Source of the DNA: Candidatus Culexmicrobium profundum
Lineage (GTDB): Archaea > Thermoproteota > Methanomethylicia > Culexarchaeales > Culexmicrobiaceae
DNA: 32,214 nucleotides
Assembly: GCA_025061245.1 (NCBI GenBank)
Contig: JANZKD010000001.1
Location: 1-32,214 of the forward strand
Reading direction: 5' to 3'
The number at the start of each line of letters is the position of its first letter. Within the stretch, counting starts at the first letter, position 1. The translations under genes and the position numbers were made by a program. This document shows, in pieces, positions 16,236 to 25,973 of this stretch. The notes beneath the pieces were generated by a model. The model searched no databases, had not been told where the DNA came from, and saw only the letters and a program-made list of their open reading frames with translations.

Positions 16236-18398
16236 ATGATAATATATTCTCCCTGGCTATGTTGGCTCATACCAATTGTAGGAGCGATGCTAACTCCCTT
16301 TATAGCTAGAATAAGTGAGAAGGCTCGAGATTATACTGCTGTTTTATTTGGTTTTTTAGCTGCTGTTATGGCTGCATCTATGATACCAGCGATAATGGCT
16401 GGTAAATTTTATATTCCAGGTAAGGGTTTGGTTCCGATTCCTGCTGATTGGAAGTATGAGTGGATCATTGTTCCTGGAGCTAAGCTTAATGTTGGTGTGC
16501 TTGTTGATCCATTAAGTGTTTTAGTGGCTAATGTTGTAGCTTGGATTTCCTTTTTAATTCTAATTTACAGCTTGGGCTATATGCATGGAGAGGAGGGTTT
16601 AACTAGGTATTGGTTCTTCATGAACTTCTTTATTGGAAACATGCTTCTCCTCGTAATGTCTGATAATATTCTTCAAATGTTATTTGGATGGGAGGGTGTT
16701 GGTTTATGCAGCTATCAGCTCATTGGTTTTTGGTATAGAGATGAGCGTAAGAGATGGGTTGGAGATGTTCCACCTTCACATGCAGGTATGAAGGCTTTCA
16801 TAATGACTAGGGCTGGAGATGTAGCTCTAATGATTGCTGCTTTCATAATATTTACTCAAGCTAAGACCTTTAATTTCATGGAACTTCAACAAAATCATGA
16901 ATGGATAGTTGAGTTGGCTAAGGTTGGTTTAATTGCACCAGTAGCATTATTTCTTTTTGGTGGTCCTATCGGTAAATCCGCTCAATTTCCATTACATGAA
17001 TGGCTTCCTGAGGCAATGGCTGGTCCAACTCCTGTTTCAGCTCTAATACATGCTGCTACCATGGTTAAGGCTGGTGTCTACTTTACTGCTAGAGTCTTCC
17101 CTATTTTCACTGAGAGCTTTAAGTTAGCTGCTGAGGGAGTTCATAACGGGTTCGAGGGAGTAATACTTACAGCCCAAAATCAATTCTTCCTAACTGTTGC
17201 GTGGATTGGTGCTTTTACAGCTTTTCTAGCTGCTTCTCAAGCTATGGTTGCTAGGGAGTTGAAGAAGGTTTTAGCTTATTCAACTGTTTCACAGATAGGC
17301 TATATGATGCTTGGTTTAGGTGCTGGTGGATTGGCTGGTGAACATGCTGCTAGTGGTTATGTTGCAGGTGTATTTCACTTGATGAGCCATGCTATATTCA
17401 AGGCGCTACTCTTCATGGCTGCTGGATCCGTTTTACATGCATGTGAGACAACTGATATGTTTGAGATGGGTGGTATTAGGAGGGAAATGCCAATTACATT
17501 TGCATGTATGCTCATTGGTGCTTTGTCATTGTCAGGAATTCCACCATTAAGTGGATTTTGGAGTAAGGAGGCTGTTTTTGGTGCATGTATAAAGTCTGGA
17601 CAATATTTATTGTTAGCTTTGGCTGCTATTACTGCTGCAATGACTTTCTTCTATAGTATTAGGATGATTAGTATAACTTTCTTGGGTAAGAAGAGTCATC
17701 ATTTGGAGGAGCTTGAACGTCATGGTCATCATGTACATGAAGTTCCATCTGTAATGTGGATTCCATATTTAATATTAGCTGTTGCTACTATTGGTATTGG
17801 TTTTATGGGTCCTATGTTTGAGCATATGTTAGAAGAGTTTCTTGAGCCATCCATATTCCCTCATCACGGTATACATTCATCGCTTCTCGCAATTTCAACT
17901 ACTGCTGAGCCTGCTGGTCCGCCAACCCAGTTGATGACTATGGTTATAACTGCTTCAATGCTTCTTCTTGGTGGAATTCCTGGTTATCTTATGTATGTTT
18001 CAAGGAGAGTAGATCCAGTAAAATTTGTGGATAGGTATGGTCTAAAGCCAATATATAATTTCTTGTGGAATCGATGGTATATGAACCCTACATACTATAA
18101 GGTCTTTGTATACTCTCTGATTGACTTGAGCTCTGTCCTATTTAAAAATCTCGAGAAGGCTGTGATTGACAAGGTTAACTATGTGGTTGCTAATGGAATT
18201 ATAAAAATGAGTGCAGGGTTGTTTAGAAGTTTAGAAGTGAAGGTAATTGATGGTGCAAATTATGCTTTAGCTAAGGCTGTGGTTGCCTTCTATAGGGTGT
18301 TTCGAAGAATTCAGACTGGAATTCTGTCGTACAATATGCTTGGAATAGTTTTTGGCCTCTTGGTTGTTGGTGCCTTACTTATTTTATTAGGACTATAA
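16236..18398 (+). CDS. nuoL: NuoL/MrpA-type antiporter-like subunit
   Basis: FGWEGVGLCSY, GKSAQFPLHEWLPEAMAGPTPVSALIHAATMVKAG, long C-terminal helix, QTG. Confidence 0.93.
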   Translation: MIIYSPWLCWLIPIVGAMLTPFIARISEKARDYTAVLFGFLAAVMAASMIPAIMAGKFYIPGKGLVPIPADWKYEWIIVPGAKLNVGVLVDPLSVLVANVVAWISFLILIYSLGYMHGEEGLTRYWFFMNFFIGNMLLLVMSDNILQMLFGWEGVGLCSYQLIGFWYRDERKRWVGDVPPSHAGMKAFIMTRAGDVALMIAAFIIFTQAKTFNFMELQQNHEWIVELAKVGLIAPVALFLFGGPIGKSAQFPLHEWLPEAMAGPTPVSALIHAATMVKAGVYFTARVFPIFTESFKLAAEGVHNGFEGVILTAQNQFFLTVAWIGAFTAFLAASQAMVARELKKVLAYSTVSQIGYMMLGLGAGGLAGEHAASGYVAGVFHLMSHAIFKALLFMAAGSVLHACETTDMFEMGGIRREMPITFACMLIGALSLSGIPPLSGFWSKEAVFGACIKSGQYLLLALAAITAAMTFFYSIRMISITFLGKKSHHLEELERHGHHVHEVPSVMWIPYLILAVATIGIGFMGPMFEHMLEEFLEPSIFPHHGIHSSLLAISTTAEPAGPPTQLMTMVITASMLLLGGIPGYLMYVSRRVDPVKFVDRYGLKPIYNFLWNRWYMNPTYYKVFVYSLIDLSSVLFKNLEKAVIDKVNYVVANGIIKMSAGLFRSLEVKVIDGANYALAKAVVAFYRVFRRIQTGILSYNMLGIVFGLLVVGALLILLGL

Positions 18399-18404
18399 TT
18401 TTCT

Positions 18405-18425
18405 GTGCAATCTTTTTTATTGCAC
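18405..18425 (+). terminator. Possible terminator after nuoL
   Basis: GTGCAAT-CTTTTTT-ATTGCAC: 7-bp stem enclosing a T run, just after the stop codon. Confidence 0.35.
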
Positions 18426-18509
18426 TCTTATTAGCTTTTAATTGGTAACGATAATTAGAGTGAGATTAATGAGATATGTTGAGGTTGAGTAATTTATTTA
18501 CATTGCAGG

Positions 18510-19559
18510 GTGCTTATGATGATTAAAGTTGATGGCTCTATTGGAAGCGGTAGTGGTACAATTTTACGATTATCTCTATTTTTATCTGCTCTTCTTAATG
18601 AGAAACTATACATATTTAATATCCGAGCAAAACGTAAGCCTCCAGGTTTAAAGCCTCAACATCTTAAGGCTGTTTTGGCTGTAGCGAGGCTTTGTAATGC
18701 TAGGATTGAGGGTGCTTCTATTGGTTCGAGAGAGCTTTATTTTGAGCCTGATGGTGTTGGAGGCGGTAAGTTCACTATTGAAATTGGTACTGCAGGCAGT
18801 ATTCCAATGGTTATTCTAACTATTCTTCCAATAAGTGTTTTAGCAGATAAATTAGTTGAAATTAACATTGTTAAGGGTGGGACTGATGTTCGTTTTTCTC
18901 CTACAATAAATTACATAAAGTTTGTGTTATTGTATGTTTTAAGAAAATTTAATGTCAATGCTTCAGTTGAGGTGTTAAAGTATGGTTATTATCCTAAAGG
19001 TATGGGGTGGGTTACCCTAAAAGTTTCTCCTTTGAATAGAATTAAACCTGTGCTTCTTGATAGAAGAGGTACACTTGATTGTATTAGTGGTATTTCTGTG
19101 TGTACTTATCTTAAGGATAGGCATGTAGCTGATCGTCAAGCTAAATCTGCATTAAATCTACTGAAATCTAAAGGTATTGATGTAGATGTTAATATTGATG
19201 TAGTTTATGACTTTTCGAATCCATTACAGAAGGGTAGTTCCATAACTTTATGGGCTGACTTTAGTGAGGGGTGCAGGTTAGGTTCGGATGCTATTGGTGC
19301 TCTTAGAAAGCCCAGTGAGGTGGTTGGTGGTGAGGCTGCTAAGAAGCTTTTAGCTGAGTTGAAGATTAATTCAACTGTTGATGTTCATTTGGCAGATATA
19401 CTAATTCCTTATATGGCTCTAGCTAAGGGTTATTCTTGCTTTCTTGTTAGATCTATAACAGAGCATCTTTCAACTAATATGCGGTTAATGAAAATGTTTC
19501 TTGATGTTAATTTTAAAGTTTCAAAAGTTGGCAATGTCTTTAGGGTTGAATGTTATTAG
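18510..19559 (+). CDS. rtcA: RNA 3'-terminal phosphate cyclase
   Basis: NIRAKR..PGLKPQH, GGTDV, GYYPKG.G, HLAD, catalytic H in TEHLSTN; exact start uncertain (18510-18519). Confidence 0.9.
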   Translation: MLMMIKVDGSIGSGSGTILRLSLFLSALLNEKLYIFNIRAKRKPPGLKPQHLKAVLAVARLCNARIEGASIGSRELYFEPDGVGGGKFTIEIGTAGSIPMVILTILPISVLADKLVEINIVKGGTDVRFSPTINYIKFVLLYVLRKFNVNASVEVLKYGYYPKGMGWVTLKVSPLNRIKPVLLDRRGTLDCISGISVCTYLKDRHVADRQAKSALNLLKSKGIDVDVNIDVVYDFSNPLQKGSSITLWADFSEGCRLGSDAIGALRKPSEVVGGEAAKKLLAELKINSTVDVHLADILIPYMALAKGYSCFLVRSITEHLSTNMRLMKMFLDVNFKVSKVGNVFRVECY

Positions 19560-19570
19560 AGGGTGATGGA

Positions 19571-20995
19571 ATGTATAGAGTGAGGATTAGAGGGATTTAT
19601 GCTACTGCGTTGACAAAGATATTTTTGGATGAGAATTTTGAAATTGTTCAGCCGTCAGTTGTAATTGAGGAGAGATTTGACCTGCCTTTTTCATTAAAAC
19701 CTTATGATGTTGATATTTATGATCGAACGGATAAGCAAGGAGTTAGTATTCTTTGCTTACCTGAAATTAAACCTTCTATTGCTTCTATTCTTCATGGAAG
19801 ATTACTGGATGCTATAATTAGATGTTGGAAGCCTCAAGTTGGAGGTATTTATAAAGGGATTGTTAGGGAAGTTGATAAGTCTAGAGGAATATGTTATGTA
19901 GAAATAGAACCTGATGTTTTTGGAATTTTAAAGAGCAGTAATGTTTTTGTCGGTGATGAGCTTATCGTTCAAGTTGATAGAGAGCGTTTTCGTGGTAGAC
20001 ATGCTCTTTTATCCACAGATATTAAGATTGTAGGTAATTACGCGATTTTAATTCCAAAAGAAACTATTAAAATTAGTAGAAAAATTAGAGATCCTGATAA
20101 ACGTTTATTTCTGGTGAAGCTTGGCCAGGAGTTGAGACCTAGAGGTTGGGGTATTATTTGGAGAACGGCTGCTCTTTCAGTTTCTGAGGAGGATTTAAAA
20201 AGTGAAATTTTGAAACTTCTTGATAGATGTAAATTGTTTATTAGTAGAGCAAGTAACGTTAATGGTCCTGCTATTTTGATGGATGGTTTAGTTTTCCTAG
20301 ATGTCGAGTTTCCATCTGAATCCAAAAAGATCCTTGATACTATACGTAGTGAAGTAACTCCTACAGTGCCAGGTCATCACTACTTGAAATCATTTAATAC
20401 TGAACTTTCAGCTTTAGTTGACATGGCAGAGTCTCTTCTTAGAAAGGGTTCTAGTCGTGAGGAAGTATTAAGTCGTCTTAACCAGTTATTATCCATTAAC
20501 TTGCCTCAAGAGGGTGATGACATTGTAATTAAACATGTAAAATTGAATGGTAAGACGATAAATATTGGACCTGCAAGAATTGAACATTTTAATCAATCTG
20601 ATGGTACAATTGTGTTGAGACGTAATATTGTTAGTCCGGGCGTCTATGATGGATTAAATGTAGTGAAATCTCCAGGTGATTATGCTATAACCAGGGCTAA
20701 AATTGGTGAATGGTTTTTAGAGACTAGATATTTTTCATGTGAAGGTAAGTTTAAGGGTGCTTACATCAATATTAATACTCCAATAGAGATTTACTCGAAT
20801 TTTATTAGATATGTTGATTTAGAAGTTGATGTTTGCGTTGATTATAAGGATAATGTTTCTGTTCTGGATAGAGATAAACTTTGTGAGGCACTTAAAATGA
20901 ATATGGTGTCGAAGAGTTTATTCGAAAGGGTTGATGAAATAATTAAACATATTCTTGATGAGAGAATTCCTGTCATTCTAGAGGCTAAAAATTGA
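19571..20995 (+). CDS. fau-1: FAU-1 (AU-1) RNA-binding protein/ribonuclease
   Basis: VRIRGIYATALT, S1-like region, GHH, C-terminal DUF402 (YININTP.E...YVDLEVD); ATG 19571 behind a GGTGA RBS. Confidence 0.88.
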   Translation: MYRVRIRGIYATALTKIFLDENFEIVQPSVVIEERFDLPFSLKPYDVDIYDRTDKQGVSILCLPEIKPSIASILHGRLLDAIIRCWKPQVGGIYKGIVREVDKSRGICYVEIEPDVFGILKSSNVFVGDELIVQVDRERFRGRHALLSTDIKIVGNYAILIPKETIKISRKIRDPDKRLFLVKLGQELRPRGWGIIWRTAALSVSEEDLKSEILKLLDRCKLFISRASNVNGPAILMDGLVFLDVEFPSESKKILDTIRSEVTPTVPGHHYLKSFNTELSALVDMAESLLRKGSSREEVLSRLNQLLSINLPQEGDDIVIKHVKLNGKTINIGPARIEHFNQSDGTIVLRRNIVSPGVYDGLNVVKSPGDYAITRAKIGEWFLETRYFSCEGKFKGAYININTPIEIYSNFIRYVDLEVDVCVDYKDNVSVLDRDKLCEALKMNMVSKSLFERVDEIIKHILDERIPVILEAKN

Positions 20996-21101
20996 TGTTG
21001 ATTTTATAAATTTGCATCATCTTGTTTAGCATAAATGTTTTATATGGTTAGTATAGACTGCATAATGCAATTAGTTGACGCTTAATTTGGGAGGTTGTCA
21101 T

Positions 21102-22595
21102 GTGACCGGCCCAGCAAATCTACTTGCTCAAATCTTGGTTGTACCCTTAATCTTTGTTCCAATAGCTTATTGCTCTAGTAAGCGTCTTGGTTGGAGAACT
21201 GGTTGGATTGCTTTTCTTCCATTAGCTTACACCACCCTTGTTACATTATACTTAGTGAACTATGTGTCGAAAAATGGAGTTGTTTTAGGAGTTTGGCCAC
21301 TAGCTCCATCAGTAGGTTTAAACTTTGGGTTGATGGCTGATGGTTTAAGTACACCAATTATATTTACAATAGCATTACTTTGTACTGTCGTTGCAATCTA
21401 CTCGATGCCTTATATGGAGCATAAGTTGGGTGAGTGTGGATCTGGTCATGGTGCCTATTATGCATTATATCTCCTGTATGCGGTCGGTATGCTTGGTACT
21501 GCTATGTCAACAAATTTGATTCAGTTTTACTTCTTCTGGGAATTGATGCTGGTGCCTTCGTGGGCTTTAATTAACATTTGGGGTTATGGTGAGAGAGAGA
21601 AGATAGCCCTAAAGTATTTCATTTATACTCATATTGGTGCATTGTCTCTACTTGCAGGTATATTGGCTGTTTATGCGGCCTTTGGAACCTTCGATATACC
21701 AGTACTATTGTCATTGGTTCATGAGGGTTCTCATTCAGTAGGATTTCTACGATGGGTTGTTTTGGCAATGTTTCTTGGATTTGCAGTGAAGATGGCTATT
21801 GTTCCTCTACATACATGGCTTCCCGATGCACATGCAGAGGCTCCTACTCCAATTAGTGCCCTCCTATCTCCTGCTATGATTGGACTTGGAGGCTATGCTT
21901 TAGTTAGATTAGCCTATATATTATTCCCTGAAGTTTTCGAGCAATTTAGCTTGGTATTTAGTGTTTTGGCTTTGATTACTATGATTTATGGTGGCATCAT
22001 GGCTTTGGCTCAGGACGATATAAAGAGATTATTAGCATATTCAAGTGTTTCTCAGATGGGATATTTATTGTTTGGAATTACAAGTAGTTATCCTCAAGGA
22101 ATTAGTGGTTCAATGTTTCACTATGTTAGTCATGGTACGTGTAAGGCTATTCTCTTCATGATGGCTGGTGCAATTATGCTTGAGACCCATGGTATACGTA
22201 GCATTAAGAGGCTTGGTGGCTTAGCTAGTAAAATGCCCTTAACTACGATATTTACTTTGATTGGCTTCTTAGGTATTGCTGGTACTCCTCCTCTTAATGG
22301 TTTTCAGAGTGAATGGTTAATTTTCACTGGGGCCTTTGCTGGAGCTATTGAAGCCCATAATGCAGTTCGATTACTGATAACAATTGTTGCATTGATGGGA
22401 ACTGTTTTGACTGCTGGATATGCCTTGTGGACTATTAGGAGAATATTCTTTGGACCACTACCTGAGCATTTAGATGAAGTTCATGAAGCTCCACTACTTG
22501 TAACTATTCCAATGTTTATCTTAGCGCTTGTCACAGTGGTTTTAGGTATTTATCCAACACCACTATTGAGGCTTCTTTCAATGTTCTTTGGCTAA
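21102..22595 (+). CDS. nuoM: NuoM-type antiporter-like subunit
   Basis: FWELMLVP, KMAIVPLHTWLPDAHAEAP, PPLNGFQSE; GTG 21102 behind a GGAGG RBS. Confidence 0.92.
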   Translation: MTGPANLLAQILVVPLIFVPIAYCSSKRLGWRTGWIAFLPLAYTTLVTLYLVNYVSKNGVVLGVWPLAPSVGLNFGLMADGLSTPIIFTIALLCTVVAIYSMPYMEHKLGECGSGHGAYYALYLLYAVGMLGTAMSTNLIQFYFFWELMLVPSWALINIWGYGEREKIALKYFIYTHIGALSLLAGILAVYAAFGTFDIPVLLSLVHEGSHSVGFLRWVVLAMFLGFAVKMAIVPLHTWLPDAHAEAPTPISALLSPAMIGLGGYALVRLAYILFPEVFEQFSLVFSVLALITMIYGGIMALAQDDIKRLLAYSSVSQMGYLLFGITSSYPQGISGSMFHYVSHGTCKAILFMMAGAIMLETHGIRSIKRLGGLASKMPLTTIFTLIGFLGIAGTPPLNGFQSEWLIFTGAFAGAIEAHNAVRLLITIVALMGTVLTAGYALWTIRRIFFGPLPEHLDEVHEAPLLVTIPMFILALVTVVLGIYPTPLLRLLSMFFG

Positions 22596-23105
22596 TATTT
22601 TTCTTCCTAATATTATTGGTTTTATAGTTAATGTTTCTAGTTTTACTCCTGCTGTATGAAGATTCTTTAATGTCCAGACTGTTGCAATTCCATGGATTTC
22701 TCCCTTCTCTTTATATATTGATCTCCATTTTAGGCTTGTTAATTTACTTCTACTTTTATATGAAATTTTTTGTATATCCTCTGCTCTTACAATGTCAACT
22801 ATTTCTCCGCTTCTTATTTCGAAGCTACCGATAATTTCTCTTTTTGCTGCGTGAACTTTTATTCTTCCTTCAATTTCTGGGAATAGATTTCTTCCACTGA
22901 AGTATTCTGTCATTATGGATGGAAAGTTTCTCGCTATTGCTATTAAGAGGAATTTTCTGAATATGTTTAATGGTAGTATTCCATCGATTTTGAATAGTGT
23001 TTCCTTTTTTATTCTTTCGACATCTCTTTCACTTAAACATTTATTGCATATTTCTTTTTCACTTTCTTTTCCACAATATATACATCTATATTTCTCTGAT
23101 TTCAA
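22578..23105 (-). CDS. Hypothetical protein with N-terminal Zn ribbon
   Basis: CIYC-x8-CNKC; GGAGG RBS. Confidence 0.7.
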   Translation of the reverse strand: MKSEKYRCIYCGKESEKEICNKCLSERDVERIKKETLFKIDGILPLNIFRKFLLIAIARNFPSIMTEYFSGRNLFPEIEGRIKVHAAKREIIGSFEIRSGEIVDIVRAEDIQKISYKSRSKLTSLKWRSIYKEKGEIHGIATVWTLKNLHTAGVKLETLTIKPIILGRKILAKEH

Positions 23106-23131
23106 TGGTTTGCCTCCTAATGTTGAATTGG

Positions 23132-23491
23132 TTAGCTTGATCTATCTGCAAAATATTTTGTGTATTTCTTTGGTTTCAATTTTTCTATTATGTAGTTAAA
23201 AGCTGCGTCCGTATCTGTGTCTCCACAGGTGTATACATCGACTGTTGCATAATTGTGGTCTGGCCATGCATGGATTGCTATATGTGATTCCATCACTATT
23301 GCTATGGCAGCAATATAATTTTCAACATGATATGCTTCAACTTGGCATAAAGTTGCCTTTGCCGCTTTAACTGCTTCAATAACAACTTCTTTAATATATT
23401 CATGGCTACTTAAAAGTTCTCTTGGACAGCCATAGAGGCTTCCATAGATGTGACGACCTACCGCCCTCCCAACCAAGATTTGAGTGTACAT
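23132..23491 (-). CDS. speD: Pyruvoyl-dependent S-adenosylmethionine (or arginine) decarboxylase proenzyme
   Basis: ESH cleavage site, H.WP, DVYTCG, C-terminal ADRSS of crenarchaeal type. Confidence 0.85.
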   Translation of the reverse strand: MYTQILVGRAVGRHIYGSLYGCPRELLSSHEYIKEVVIEAVKAAKATLCQVEAYHVENYIAAIAIVMESHIAIHAWPDHNYATVDVYTCGDTDTDAAFNYIIEKLKPKKYTKYFADRSS

Positions 23492-23742
23492 CTCACCTAG
23501 TTTCTTTTAAAGATTCAAACTTACTTAAAAAGCTTTCTACTCTGAAAATTTTCTTTTTAGTTAATTTTCTCACTTTATTTCTTAGTTTTTTCTCTTTTTT
23601 ACTGGTTGTTTTTAAGTTAAATTATTCTCTTGTTTTTATTTTTCATTTTTTCGGAAATTAGCATGCTAAATTTCATTTTCTCTGCTATTTTGTTTCCTTT
23701 TTGAACTAAATTGCTTCTCTAGTCCCTTTTTGTGAGGTGTCT

Positions 23743-24279
23743 TCACCCAAGTTTACTATTGGTTTTGAGGTAGATTAGTGCTATATAGAATATTGACAGA
23801 TATGTTATGCTTAGTAGTATTGAGATACTTTGATATTGAAGATAGTTTATGCCTAAAATTGATTTGCACATGAATAATGTTGAAATGTCATTCATTAAGT
23901 TTAAGAATAGCATTGAAAATGTGAATGCTGGGTATAGAATGCTTATTTTTTCCATTGTTTTAAATTCTCTACTGGAGGTTGACTTGAAGCACATGGCACT
24001 TAAGACTAAGGATATTAGCCAGACCATAATGTATAGGGTTGCGTAAATTGCATTAACTATTAGTGATAGAACTATGGCTTCCGAGGGATTTCTATTAAAT
24101 ATCCATTTGACTGCTGGATTTTCCTCAACTACTGTTCTTGAGTATACTCCAATTATGGTGGTTGTTGAAATTATGAGTAATACGTCGAAGTATATTATCC
24201 ATAGTAGTAGTGCTTTCTTTAAATTTTGGTTAATAGTTTTTATTGCTATTTTTATGATCTTTTTTTCTTTGGCTAGCAT
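23743..24279 (-). CDS. Membrane protein, DUF5658-like
   Basis: D..IISTT.IG...EENP motif; about four TM helices. Confidence 0.55.
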   Translation of the reverse strand: MLAKEKKIIKIAIKTINQNLKKALLLWIIYFDVLLIISTTTIIGVYSRTVVEENPAVKWIFNRNPSEAIVLSLIVNAIYATLYIMVWLISLVLSAMCFKSTSSREFKTMEKISILYPAFTFSMLFLNLMNDISTLFMCKSILGINYLQYQSISILLSITYLSIFYIALIYLKTNSKLG

Positions 24280-24584
24280 TTTTCCACAGTCTTTAAATAC
24301 GTTTTATGTCTCAAAATTGAGGGGCTAAAATCAATATTAAACTTTCACTATTAATATTCATTTTTTCGATTTCTCTTTTCATTTTATTGTCTATTACGAG
24401 TAATCCATTTATTTTAATTGTGCTGTTGCTTTTCATGTTTGTATTGAAGGTTTTAGATTTTGATTTAGTTTTCTTTCTTATGTGTGTCTATATGTTTGGC
24501 TTGATTATTGGCTTATCAATTAATCCTCCATGGTAATCGGATGTTTTATTTGAGATGTCTTATTTAGACTATGTAGGGTAAAAT

Positions 24585-25973
24585 ATGGCTTTTTCAAGGC
24601 TTTTTGGTACTTCTGGTGTTCGGGGTGAGATTGATAAGTTTTTAACTCCAGAGTTGGTTGTTAAGCTTTCAAAGGCTTTTGCAGTTTTTATTGGCGGATC
24701 CGGAACTGTTGCTGTTGGTAGGGATGTACGCTTGCATTCACGCATGTTATTTGAGGCATGTGTTTCTGGTCTTTTGTCGGGTGGTGTAGATGTTGTTGAT
24801 TGTGGTGTTATACCTACACCTACACTTCTTCATGTCGTTAAAAGCTATAAGCTGGATGGAGCGGTTATGATTACAGCTAGTCATGTTCCACCACAATTTG
24901 GAGGTGTACTTTTCTTTCATGGTGATACTGCTGAGCTAGGTAGGGATGAAAGCAAAATTTTAGAATACTTCACATTTAAAGAGTTTAAATATAATTCATC
25001 TACTAGTCTAGGTAAAGTAGTTGGCCTTAGTGTTGAAGAAATCTTTGAAGTCTACTTAAATTCTGTTACTCGGCTTGTTAATATGAAGCTTGTTAACAGT
25101 TTAGGTTGCCAAGTAATCTTAGATCTATGTAATAGTGCACAATCCATGTTTCTTCCTTTCATTGCTAGGGAATTTGGATGTAAAGTTTTCTGCATTAATG
25201 ATTTTCCTAATGGATATTTTCCTGGACGTGGAGCAGATTTGCACCCTAAATTACTAGAGTCAACTTCAAGGTTATTAACTAAAATTAAGGCTGATTTCGC
25301 TTTGGCTACTGATGGTGATGGGGATAGATGCCTCTTTATTGATGATTTGGGTGTGATTTTGTGGGGTGATATTGCTGGTTGCCTTTTTGCTCGAGAGGAA
25401 TTATTACGTAAAGGTGGTGGAATAATAGTATGTCCAATTAATACTTCAAATCTAATTTTACATGTTACGAAAGAATTGAATGGTAATGTTCATTTTACAA
25501 GAATTGGTCCTCCTGAAATTGCTTCTTCTATTAAGTCTCTAAATAGTTGTGTTTTTGCATTTGAGGAATCTGGGAAATATATTTGGCCAGAAAATATTCT
25601 TTATGGTGATCCTGTACTTGCACTTGGTAAGTTACTTGAAATACTGTCTAAGTATCATACTTTGAGTAGGGCTGTAGAAATGTTTCCAAGGTTTCATCAA
25701 GTTAAGTATAAGGTTTCTTGTCCTAATGAGATTAAAGAGAGAGTGTTAAGTTATCTTAAGGTTAAAGTCTTAGATTTTGATTATAAAGAGATCATTGATA
25801 TTGATGGATTAAAAATTATTTTTGATGATAATAGCTGGCTTTTATTAAGGCCTTCTGGAACTGAGCCTGTGTTTAGAGTTTTTAGTGAAAGTTTGGATGC
25901 AAATTATGCTAAGGAACTTGCGTTAACCGGCTTAAATATGGTTAAAGAAGCAATTAGAAAGTTATCTAAATAA
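24585..25973 (+). CDS. Alpha-D-phosphohexomutase family (PMM/PGM/GlmM-like)
   Basis: FGTSGVRG, TASH, DGDGDR, RPSGTEP. Confidence 0.92.
   Translation: MAFSRLFGTSGVRGEIDKFLTPELVVKLSKAFAVFIGGSGTVAVGRDVRLHSRMLFEACVSGLLSGGVDVVDCGVIPTPTLLHVVKSYKLDGAVMITASHVPPQFGGVLFFHGDTAELGRDESKILEYFTFKEFKYNSSTSLGKVVGLSVEEIFEVYLNSVTRLVNMKLVNSLGCQVILDLCNSAQSMFLPFIAREFGCKVFCINDFPNGYFPGRGADLHPKLLESTSRLLTKIKADFALATDGDGDRCLFIDDLGVILWGDIAGCLFAREELLRKGGGIIVCPINTSNLILHVTKELNGNVHFTRIGPPEIASSIKSLNSCVFAFEESGKYIWPENILYGDPVLALGKLLEILSKYHTLSRAVEMFPRFHQVKYKVSCPNEIKERVLSYLKVKVLDFDYKEIIDIDGLKIIFDDNSWLLLRPSGTEPVFRVFSESLDANYAKELALTGLNMVKEAIRKLSK

Noticed and set aside
17690..17880. His-rich stretches in NuoL as a nickel-binding site
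   Set aside because: His-rich loops at this position are common in NuoL proteins.
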